The notes below the pieces were generated by a model that was not told where the DNA came from, did no database searches, and saw only the letters and a program-made list of their open reading frames with translations. The translations under genes and the position numbers were made by a program. A stretch of 64,000 nucleotides of DNA, from positions 7,757,573-7,821,572 of the forward strand of contig CM082594.2 of NCBI GenBank assembly GCA_040954595.2. The letters are read 5' to 3'. Source of the DNA: Balanoglossus misakiensis. Taxonomy: Eukaryota; Animalia; Hemichordata. How positions within the stretch are numbered: position 1 is the first letter of the stretch; every line of letters begins with the position of its first letter. Below are positions 39,624-51,311 of the stretch, in pieces.

Positions 39624-42600
39624 AAGCAAGAACTGAAGCACTACACTTTGTTACACCAAGCATTATCGCGTTTTGTTCCAGTATGACATTTATTATCACA
39701 AAGTCATGGCTTATTTTTTTCAACAAATTAGTTTGACAAGACGTTGGGCATTTCCCAAGTTATGGAAAGATTTATCTGTTACCTTTACACACGCAAAGTA
39801 TAGGCGGGTCGGTGGTCTGTACATAAGGTGCAAATTAATTTGGCATGCAGGAAAACGGTCTTTAAGTTTGTAAATTGACATATAATCAAAATGAGAGGGA
39901 ATGAGAGTGTATAATGACGTATCCATGGTAACTATCGGTTTGGTTGGCCAAAAGACGAATTAAGAAGAGAGATGTAGTGTTATATTTACATATATTTACA
40001 TCTTTTCTTTTTAAGAAAAAACTGACGCTTTAATCAGAATTTTAACTTTTTACCTCAAACTACGCTAAGAAACTCTGAGGCGTGGTCGCATGTGCGGCAG
40101 AGCGGGCGGGGAAGATGTATACCCGTTGGAGAACAAAAAAAAACATCTATCATGGATTACAAAAGCCAGCTCTCCCCTTATGACTGATACTACATCCGGG
40201 GTATTATCCCTGCGAGACGTCCACTGTCGCATGTCACCGAACAGCACGATATCAAGCAAATCTGACGAAATTAAAAGGCATTCTTGACTGCAAATGACAC
40301 ACTTAGCAGCTTGACGCCTCTTGGGACACTTCTGTTTCCACGGCAACTGATTTAGTTCCCGAGAACGCGTCGAGGTAGTTCATGAATACTTATGGAAGCC
40401 GGGTACACCTTCTCTATCCCCCTTACTGCTGAACATTCCCACGTTCGTCAGCAACTCTCGGAATTTTAATTCCCAGACGTCCAAACAGCTAATCGGAAGT
40501 GTGACCTCATCAAGACGCCATATAAATACTAATTAGTGTGTTTTTCAGGACAAATTTAGCCGCACTGTATACGAGAGTTGAATACAAACCTAATATTCAT
40601 GACTCTCGTACGGCTGGCCGGATATTGCAGTGCCTCAGTGTATAAGGAAAGGGAAGCAATAATTCCGTGGAATTTAAGTGACTTGATTTCCCCGAAAACA
40701 CACTCAACCAAGTTATTAAGCCGCTCGCCCACAGAGCTTGAAACGTGAGACGAAAACAAAAAAGCTAAAATCACAGTATACATGACAGAAACCACTGTGT
40801 CAGTGACCAAACTTAGATTCTGACCGATCTTCGCTGCACACATCACATGCGCCTCTAAGTGCTACAGATGACGAACTTGACCTTTTATTGACTCGCGAAT
40901 GTCGATTTACTTCTTGTATGAATGAAACTTTGAGTTTTATTTTAATTTTTTGAAAGACTACACAATGGAAAATTGTATAAAATATATGCAAGGTTGAATT
41001 TACATGAGATAATCATGTATAATAATTTATTATAATAATATAAATATTCATGAGAATGTTACGTATGCCATGTACTAAAAATTATTAAAAATCCAATAAT
41101 GTTGTCTTATTTTAACTTTTAGTTTCTGTGTTATGGATTAATTACAAGTGATAGTCAATAAAGGATCCCTTGGTTATATACAGAATATGCGATTACTGTG
41201 GTGTTTAGCCATGTCAGCTAACAATCAGCACGCTATTTGTATCGTAAAGATGGCCAATTTCATGAGTTTCTGCTATGGTTTCTGATTACTCTATTGCCAA
41301 ACAGCATTCTGCACTATTTTCTGTGAAATTTCTGAAATCCGTGTACATGATCTGTTGCTGTAAGGTCACAGGTCACAAAGCTTAAGTCACAGTGTTTGGC
41401 AAAAGACGTATTGTGTTGAAACCTTGTCGACACTTCAACGTGCATGTAAACAGGCAACACTGAAAAACGCCCTAAAACACTGCCAGAACGCGGATGATAA
41501 ATGGGATATTGATGACACCGTGCATGGCGGAGATTTCAGCCGCATCTCGCTGGCGACAGGCACGAAGCCGACCCTGTTTGTGCTCGAACCCTTCAAATGA
41601 AGCAAGCTTTTGAAGTGCGTGGAATTAAGAAAGGGAATATTCTTAACTCGACCTCTTGACGTTTTAATACTATTCGCAAAGTCTCGCGGGAGACGGTCAA
41701 AAGTTTAGGCTACTGATTAGAGTGCCTGAACATGTCAGTTGTTCAAGAAAGTGCAGAAGAAAAGAGAGTCTCCATCACCAGACAAAATGTAAATAGAAAA
41801 GTAAAGGTTGATAGAGCGGCGGGTCAGACCGCGCCAACAAAATCCTCTGGGTGTACATGTACAGCCTATACACGAACATACCAGGTGCAAATGACAGCCT
41901 CCTTTCTACAGCTATAGAAGCAAAGTCGACCCCGTGAAGCGCCCTTCCTCATAAAATCGTAAAAAAAACACTGCAGCTCATCAATTAGATCGGTTAATAA
42001 ATTCTAAACACGGATCTAGCTTATTCGCCTACCTTTTGACATTTTGGACGTTTCTTTTCATGGATTGCGCAGTCTCCCTTATCTGACCTGTAAAGTGGGT
42101 CGAGTTCCTTGTTTTTTTCAACTCAAAATATCGCTGAGCACTCGACACTTTTATTGACCCATAGTTTCTTCGTTATTTACTTGACATAATTATTTACAAC
42201 CATATGTCCCACATTGTCCGATTTTGGAATTTACCACCATGCACCAGTACATCTAGTCACAGTTCGATAAGTACATTCGGGGGTAGTGCGCAGGCGTGAA
42301 ACGATGCCAAATTTTGGCAACACCACATCGACTCACATAGCAACCGCATCACAGTTTTAAAATCGGTTATGATAAATTTGTGGCAACATCGTTTCGATGC
42401 GCTACTAAGCCAACCCACGCGACCAGCATGCCATGAATATAAAATGACGAATTTCGAGTGACGTCATTGGGTGTAAACTCACGATTTTATCGTCGTCTTC
42501 ATATCCGTTTTGAGTTGCGACTATATCGTTTATCACTGAAACTATATCTACAGCGGCAGGGTACTACATTTTACACCAAATTCTCAATTTAGAGTATCAG

Positions 42601-43729
42601 CTGAGAAATGTTGTTGCTTACTCTATCCACTATCAGTTTAGCTGAGTACAGTAACATATCTCGGGACAGGAGTCTTGCAAGCGAATATTCATAGCAGATT
42701 AATTTTACTAAATATATTGAGACGTTGGTGTGAGATGTAATACCACTTCCTTGATTTTATTTCTGATTCGGCTTTCCAATCCCAACCGAGGGACCCAACC
42801 CAATAATGGAAACTAATAAAAATCTCCAAGGAAGCTTAGATTTAATAAATACATTCTTGGGAAGTCGCCAGCCCAAATGGGAACTAGATTAAAGGGAAGT
42901 CGCTTCAGTGACTGTGATTTTCCTGATATAAGCATTCATTAAAATTATTTAAAATAGATAGAAAAACGCATGAGTAAGTCTCTTCGCAATAATTGTGGGA
43001 TATTTTCAATAGGGGGCATTACTTTCAATCAGCAAAACGAGCCAATGAAATTTCCGGTATGCGAGTTCTAATCTTCCTTGATATTTGAGAAATAAGAACG
43101 CGCCTATACTGATGACTAGAACCGTTTCCCTTTACAATTTTGTTCACATATTAGTAAATAAAATAATATTATATTAAATATAGATATAACTGAATATAGA
43201 TAACATAATGTGGTAAGATGTATTTTCAAACTTACATAAAAAGAAGGAATCCTACCTGAAATCGTGGAGGTAGCAGAGATGTAAAATCCAAACGGCCACG
43301 GCTGGACGTGTATCGGCGAATACTGCAGTATGGGAACTTGACTGGGTGACGGGTGTTCAAAATTGTTCCGCATGGGCCGGGTTACGGCAGTCTTTAAAAT
43401 AATTTACGGCTCTGGGTGGAGACATTCCGCCGCCCCGCCTTTTCATGAAATTAATTAGCTACACCCCCGTAAAAATCCTGCCATTGGTCGGTGATCTGAG
43501 TATGGTCACGGTGTGTTCGAGTAGGCATATACAGTTGGTGTGGATTGAAGTTGTCCGAGGTCTGGTAAGGCTGTAGTTGTTTTGAAGGAAAATGAGGACG
43601 GCGATCGACAAACTGGTGTGCCATATCGTACCTGAAAAATGAAGAAATGAGAAAAATTTAAAAAGGGTAATTTTTATGAAAAAAATACAGGCCTCTTTCA
43701 ACGTGATATACTATTTTGTTACACGCATT

Positions 43730-44061
43730 TAAAGGGGCGTGTCCGCCTACAATTCATTAACCAATAAGACGCCTGTGCGTTGCGATTCGCGTGGGTATAT
43801 GCGTGGACTGAGTATACCGGTGGGTTTTTTTTGTCGACCGAATTATGGCGGTTTCATTAGTCATTTGCATAATTAGACAGGATGACAGAAAATACGTGAA
43901 GTTGGCAACGGTAATTTCTACGAAACCATGTGAACAGTCCACGTCACTTCGACAAAACCCCCGCGAGTCGTGATCATTTAGTTCGAAGCTTCCCATCGCC
44001 GGCAACGCGCATATACACACACCTGCGTACGCAACTATTTTTCTCCTCGCTCGCTTGTAAG
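43730..44061 (+). promoter_or_regulatory. Promoter and non-coding exon 1 of NDUFA4/C15orf48-like paralog B
   Basis: GGGGCGTGTCC 43734, CCAAT 43761, octamer ATTTGCAT 43863, TACGTG 43893, ACGTCAC 43941, donor TGTAAG|GTACGT at 44061; acceptor TTTTCAG ending at 44827. Confidence 0.5.
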
Positions 44062-44868
44062 GTACGTCTTTTCTTGTATAGTGTTTATCTGTCTGTCGGT
44101 AACTTTTATCTACAGTGTATTGCCTTTTGAAGCCAGTTGTAACATGTGATTTATCGGGAATTTGGCGCAATTTCTAAAGGAATCGCCGGTTACCAAGACG
44201 ATCGGAATTAGAACGTTAAGACATCTCGCGAATCGAGTGGGACGGTATTGCTTCTTCCCGCTCCGTCATTTGCAAACTAATCGTTCATCATTTCCATCAG
44301 AGAATTCTTGAGTTATCGCCCATCTGTACTCTCATTTTAATATTTACTTATCTGCCCAGCATAGATGGGTCATCTATAATTTAATGCTGTCGTGATCTGA
44401 CAACAAAACTATGCCAGTCTCACCCAGTTATTAGGGCTGTTCTAGTTTTGATAGCGCAAATGTAAGTCACAAGACAGGATGCGTTAGATTGAATTGTGAC
44501 GGAAGATTGACTGGTCCGCTCTTAGAAAGTGAGAGCAACATGCCTTCAACTAGTTCACCGGCGACGATTTTCTGTCGTTTCAACATTCAAAGAGAATTTC
44601 TACCTCCTGCCGATTCCACATTCACAACGTGTTTTCTCTTTGCTAGCGGCGGCTCTCCCGTGTATTAACAGATATCGTTTTCTTCAGTCTGGAGTGGACG
44701 TGTTCAGTTTACTTCACGAGGCGGTTAATGAAAACGTCTGGTCACCTTACTGAGCACACGTCACCGATGACGTAATAGCAAGAGGGAATTATTATTGATG
44801 CGCTGGTTTGTGTTTCTTTTTTTTCAGACTTGTCTTACCGTGTAAGTGTGAAAAACGAAGAAGTAAAC

Positions 44869-47800
44869 ATGTTTAACATATTCCGGGCTCTGCGAAAGAA
44901 TTATGAGGTGAGAATCGCTTCGGAAAGATTACTTGCGCTTTCGGTTCAGTTTGAAATCTCACTGGCTAGCAGTATGCAGACGGGCGCCCAAAACATTCAC
45001 ATTATTCCAAAAATTTACTGAAAAGAAAGTGATGTCAAAGGGCGTGCAACTAAACAAGAAACAAACAATGCTTGTCTTTCAAGAAGATGATCGAATTGCG
45101 GGCAGACTACAAGCAAGCTAGTGTAAACAAACAACATCTATTTGATTGACTCGCGATCTCGCCCACATTGTCACGTATCATTTAAATCTCGCGTGTTCTC
45201 GTGTTCTACTTCTCAGTTTTAACCCGTCTGCATGCCGCCCCGAAAACAGGACATTTTTTATCGTTGTCCGAGGGTGCCAAAAATTCGACACAAACAACTG
45301 TGACTTATTTATGACCTGCTACGGTTTGAGGAAACCCAGTTCATTCTACACGAACATTCTCAGTACAAAACACGATTTCCTGAACGAAATTTAATTACCT
45401 GGAAATCTGGATTTTTTACTTCTTTCTCTTCTCTAATAATTTATTCATAATACATCTTTCGGGATGGAAAGGGTAATCCCCTCAAAAAGGAGAAGTAAAA
45501 ATAATCGGTTACAGCTGCCCTGTACCACAATTCCTTTCGGCATATACTCAGACTGTTTTATTGCCATGTAAGGAAATAAAAGATAATGCGTTACTGAATC
45601 CAGACATGCGACATTCACCGTCAAATCTACATCGTTTGGGGGGTTAGAAATTTAACATCTTGAACTATAAGGCTTACTTCACAACGGAAATGATAAAGGA
45701 CAATTCGACCCAGATTCGAAACTATGAAAACGGAATCGAAACTACCTGCATATTTTTTACCAAACTGACCTGAACCAGGACTTGTCTGACACGTATATTG
45801 CTTCCATAAACCATCTTTACACAAAGTTGACAGAAAAGATAAAATGATTGAAATAATATCACGTATGTGCTTTAGATTAGAAGTCGCGGAACGATGCCAA
45901 TATTTTGTTTTGCAAAAAAAACCGCTAACATGGCGACTGAGCAAATATTTACACATTTCACGTCGAAATCCTGACCCCAACTTAAGTGCAGCAGTCACAA
46001 GACTGAACAAACATGTACAGACGAGAAAAGGGAACATTTCCGGGTTCACGAAAGGTTTATTCTGATTTATTCCACCTTCAGTCTCAAAGGAGGATATTTA
46101 TACACACAGAAAGGCTAATAGACCGCGGGATGTCTGCCATGCCTAAAGACCTGAGATTCCTCTCAATTCAAGACCTTGTTATTTTTCACGGATCGCTTGC
46201 AGACTCAGTATACTGTGTCGTGTACGAGCCATTAGCTGTAAAGGTTGCAACGAGTTTTACGATAAGCTTTAACACTGTGGGCTCAGTATTCGATTGGAGA
46301 TTGCAGACCCAGCCCTCGGCTGTAAATTAGCCCCAGTACAATTCCAACGATCAGTAGATGGGTAAATTATGGTACACCAAGAAAATGAAGTCGTTAAACA
46401 CACAGAGCGAACCATAACTTGAAATCACCGGTCGTTCGGCAAACTGAGTCGCGTGGTCTCGACTTGCGTGCAGAATTTACATGCGCACATCTTTTCTCTG
46501 ATAAAACCATAACGCAAATCGCCATCAGTCAATTACAACGAAACTAACTGGATCGGTTCCTATATTTGATAATAATGATATTAAAAGTCATATGGTAATT
46601 TTACCTAGGACAGAGATCAGCGGTTCACTAATGTCGTTCCATCGTTGCTAGGAAATCGAAGGCATTACATATTGCCATAAAATCATTTATTTTATTTCAG
46701 CCAGTCTCATTTATACAGAATGCTGCTATTCCCTCAGAAACTGTTCAGTTGTGCTCAAATTACGAGTGTCGTTCGTTGCCAACATGATCTTGACGGATTG
46801 CACGTAAAACCCGTAGGTTCGTTATTTCGTCAAGAATCGGCCAGTGACCTAATGACCTCGGCCGCCAAAATCGGTCAGTCCGGTATTAGGCCGCCTGAGC
46901 AGGACATCTGCCAGGGCAGGTGTTGCCATTTTTTCGCGAAGTGCCGACGTTGTTAATCACAACAGAGCCAAAATGGCGACATACCGCTGTTGCAGTGTTG
47001 AATATATGTTGTTTTATAATTTATAGTTCGACAGGGAATTTCTGAGAGTAGCGAACAAAAAGGACAGAATATGAAAAAAGTGCAGACGTGTTTGTCCAGC
47101 CGTCTCCACCGATAACGTACTATTATATATGATGATTTATATCATAATTGACAATGCATATCAAAGTCCAGAGTTAATAGCACCTTCGTCTGCTCGTTTC
47201 TCCGGCAACGCCATACAATAAATTTTGCTTCGTTAAAAATAAGTCGTCACAAGCAACTGCTTGTTCTCAACGACCGTGACATGTAAACCGCTTAGAGATC
47301 TCGTCTCTCAAGAAAATCCCCCACGTTTAACATCAGATGAACTCATGTTGTGATAAACCACTTTAATAGATGTCCCCGACGTGAGCTCGCTATAGCAGGT
47401 GCTAAGTGGCCTTGAGCGAGCGCGTGGCTTTGACCTTCCTCAATTTAATACTACGTCACTGCACACATCGAATACTTAGATTTATTAGCTTGTGTGTACC
47501 CCCAGAGGATTCATCCAATGACATGTCCAATTGTTCCCTAAGGGTTTGCTTTGACCCGGTTGCCAACAACACAAGCTGGTGCATGTACAGATAAATTTAA
47601 TAGTTGTCTTAGATCAATAATGGTATACGTGCTCATCTACTGCATCGGAAACTTGTTCATTTGCGTCCCCGGTCTATGCCGACCTTGATTTGTAAAATTT
47701 ACGATCGCTTGCAAATTAAGAAAGGAGTGAAAGACACAGCTGCCACTCAAAGGTAGCTTAAAGTCACTTTGTCAGAAAGACCAAGGTAGAGCCTTGGTAA

Positions 47801-50328
47801 ATCTGGGAGAGTAAAACCGATCATATCGTAAGGAAAAACACCCTATAAGTATTAAGAATGTTTAGGTCAACGACACGGCGCAAAAAGCAACATACACAAT
47901 GGTTATTGATCCGTAAATTTGGCACCTTTGAATCGGTGCTCAAGTTCCAGCGAAGTTGAACCAGGTGAAACGTGAAATTGTCTCAAAAGAACTCCTACCC
48001 TTTCGTGTAACTATATAATGTTACCAAGGACAATACTGCGTTGTTCATTCGTAGTTGTTCTTGTGAAGGGCTGTATTTTGACACTCTTATGACCCCTGGC
48101 ACGATTCGGGTTCGTATTCAACGATATTATTATCACCAACAATTAGTATTTCAATTAAATTGTATTGTCAATACTATATTTGATTGATTTTCTTCTCCAA
48201 AGAATGACAGACTGGTGGCGCACTGACAGCTTTTTTCAATTTTAAAGATTGTTTCTAAAGAAATTTTTCAATGGTTAAATTTCATCGAACAACGGGTATT
48301 TGGTTTCACAGCGGTTTCACAAGCGTGGAGAATGCCTATAATCCCCTCTAGAGAACATTGTAACAAAAAAACTGAATTCTATGACCTAGCGAAGATTCGG
48401 TTTTCCCTTTGCCGGCTTGACACTCTATCGCAAATCTAAACGTATCGGGACTGACCTGTGCTCACATAATTGGCAATGGATACGGCCTCGAGTTGTACCG
48501 TCTTTAATTTCCTCGCGAATAACACAAAGGCGACGGATCAATCATTTGTATAAATTTACACAAAGTCGCCAGCGAACATCCTCAAGGTATTTCTGGCGTT
48601 AAAAGCAATGGGTCTCCTTTCTGCAGCTGCGCAAACGCAGACCTCGCATTTCAATGGCTCCAGAATTTTCTCTGACGTTCCCACCGTCCTCGGTTGCTAA
48701 GGCGATTTCTCACTAGTACGCAGATACTGATCGCATGAATATGCTCATTAACCAAAAATCAGAATTAATAACACGCGCTGGTACATTTGTAAAGATGTAT
48801 AAAGATAACGATATCGTTACAAGCAAATACAATACAAGTACATGTACACACGAGACTGTAGAGTTTATCTTAGCATTGATACCAATATGCCCTGTTTATC
48901 ATTAAACCAGATTTCAGTGACCGTATGCATGTCCGACCGTCCCTGTATCTCCTCTTTATGGGCCTATATGCTACTCTACCCCTTTCTTCCACCCCCCCCC
49001 CCCGTACAGAATCCAACTCGACCCCCAACTCATCAGTTTCAATTCCAGGAGGAGGAGGAGGAGGAGGAGGAGGAGGGGAGAGCTAAAGATCCTTGTGAGA
49101 CAGTTTATCAGATTAGAGAAGTTGAATAGTGTGAGGCGAAACTAAACACTCGTAAATAAGTTAAATCTGATCTGATCTGATCTGAGTGAGATTTGAAAAA
49201 TATATTATTGACACATTTACCTACTTTTTATCGATGTTTTTTTTTCCTGTTTGTTCCAGTTGATCCCCCTGGTGACCATTGTGTCATGTTCGGTTGCCAT
49301 GTCAACGTCAGCTGCGCTGTATTTTGCATATCAAAAGACAGATGTCGTGTAAGTAGTGAAACAGATGCCAACTACGGGTTGGGTTTAGTAAACAAATAAA
49401 TTGAAAAAAAAAGAGAAATATGCACACAATAGGATTCTATTGAATGTAAATCAATAGCCTTTAAACTTGTGTGGTCATTTCAGGCCGTCAGAAAGGACAA
49501 AACGTCAAGGTCACATTTATCCGGAGTAAAACTGGTCCCGGTCAATATGAGCATAACTTTTTGACAAAGGTATTGAATTAAAATCGGAAATACTTTGTAT
49601 TGCCTTTTAGGATTCGAAAGGATAAGAACCCGTTCCCATACTACAAAATTGACCCCAGCAGACCACAAAAGGTAAGTATTGAAATGTTGTTACAACACTA
49701 CGGGCTATTGCATTTTGTCTGCTCAGATATTGCACTGGTGGATAACTTACAGTGTACATGTTTCGAGAAAAAATGACAGAAAACTGTTACTTACAGTAGA
49801 GGATGTGCGCAATGGGGGCTTCAAGCCAGGAGGAAAGACACCCACGATGTTCGTCAAGTCACCTTTAGTCACGGGTGGTTTGTGTACAGCTACCAAATTC
49901 TTGGAAAATACAGTCCATATCGTCACAGTCATGACTTCCACTAGGTTCGCGAAATTGCTCAGGGGGAAATTGCTCAGGATAATGAACAGGTCGTTGTGGC
50001 CACTACTGTCGGCCATGATGTTTGTACGTCAAAGACTGAGTTTCAAATGATGGAAGTGGCTCCTCACTGACCATCTGGCTAATGAACTGGCTGACAACTA
50101 TCCAATCGAAATGTGTCTTTCGCCAGGTGCATTTTTGTGAAGCTTGTGATTGGTTGATGTGATTGAGCTGTGTATTAGCATACCAAGATCACAGATGTTG
50201 TCAATCTCACAATTGCCTTGTGTATTTCTTTCCAGTTGTTGACGCTCGGACAGAAGTACATCCCTGATGAAAAACTGGAGAGCATCCGTAAGGAAATCGG
50301 CTCCCCACCTCACCCAAGACACAGTTAG
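44869..50328 (+). CDS. NDUFA4/C15orf48 (COXFA4 family) paralog B, 93 aa; exons 44869-44907, 49260-49348, 49611-49671, 50236-50328
   Basis: Spliced product MFNIFRALRKNYELIPLVTIVSCSVAMSTSAALYFAYQKTDVVIRKDKNPFPYYKIDPSRPQKLLTLGQKYIPDEKLESIRKEIGSPPHPRHS. Coding lengths of the first three exons (39/89/61 nt) equal those of paralog A. Confidence 0.88.
49047..49076. repeat. (GGA)n microsatellite (intronic)
   Basis: Directly visible. Confidence 0.9.
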
Positions 50329-51311
50329 GATGATTGTAACAGCAGAGTTGAGAGGACTTTGCAATTTTATGTACACAGTGGCCTAATGTATGGCATTCGA
50401 CCTACACAGTAATATACAAGTAGTGGTTAAAGCAATATGACGCCATGGAAAAAAATTGCCCGTTATAAATGAGATGCACTTTTACATAGTTTTTGAAAAA
50501 CAACATTGTATCTTTAAGGTTTATACCTGGCTATTGTGAACACAGTCCGCATTGGATAGGTATCTAGCTAGTTTTCTGGAAAGTATAAAGTGAGTTTATA
50601 ATATGGTCTTTTTGACCTGACTAGAAGATTTAAGTCTCCACGTTACAGCATCATAGTTTTTTCGTAACTTTAATAGAACGTGCTATTTTTTGTTTCGTCA
50701 ATAATATAGCATGCATTTTAGTTTATCCCTGATCGAACTCTGACCTGCAGTACTAAAGAATCAGGTGCTTGCAATCTTAACTTCCTGAAATTAAAAAATC
50801 ACGAATATTTATTTATTTGTATAAATATAATGAATGTGTACATTGGAGAGAAAAATAAAATATCTGTACGTTTCTGCATATTCGTGTTGCTTTACTGGGC
50901 AAAACCAATGCAAACACTAGAGGGCGCACTATCATAAAATTATGTACATTTCGATACAGACAGGACAAACATGATCAAAAGATTTGTTTATTTCCAACAA
51001 ATTCAGAAATTCAGTGGCAATCTACATTTAATAAGCTGGATATTATAAATCTGGATACATGTATATATAAACAATGATCAGAATTCTCAATTACATCATG
51101 TAGATATCAGTGTTGTCAGTAATATAATGTTATCACACATGTCTCAATCACATACAAAAATAAGTACATGTATTCAAAAATAACTGAATCAATGAAATAT
51201 ACTTTAAGGTTTGATCCTTAAGAGGATTTGTAGATGATTAGTGCTTACAGACACTTGTAATGATTGAAAAAAATATACAAAGCTATACATGTATATGCCT
51301 TCCATTCACAA

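Noticed and set aside
33206-50900. miR-147/miR-210-type hairpin hosted by the C15orf48-like genes (vertebrate C15orf48 hosts miR-147b)
   Set aside because: A visual scan found no TGTGCGTG(T/C)GACAGCG or GTGTGCGGAAATG sequence in the introns or 3' UTRs; a covariance or small-RNA search would be needed to exclude a diverged copy.
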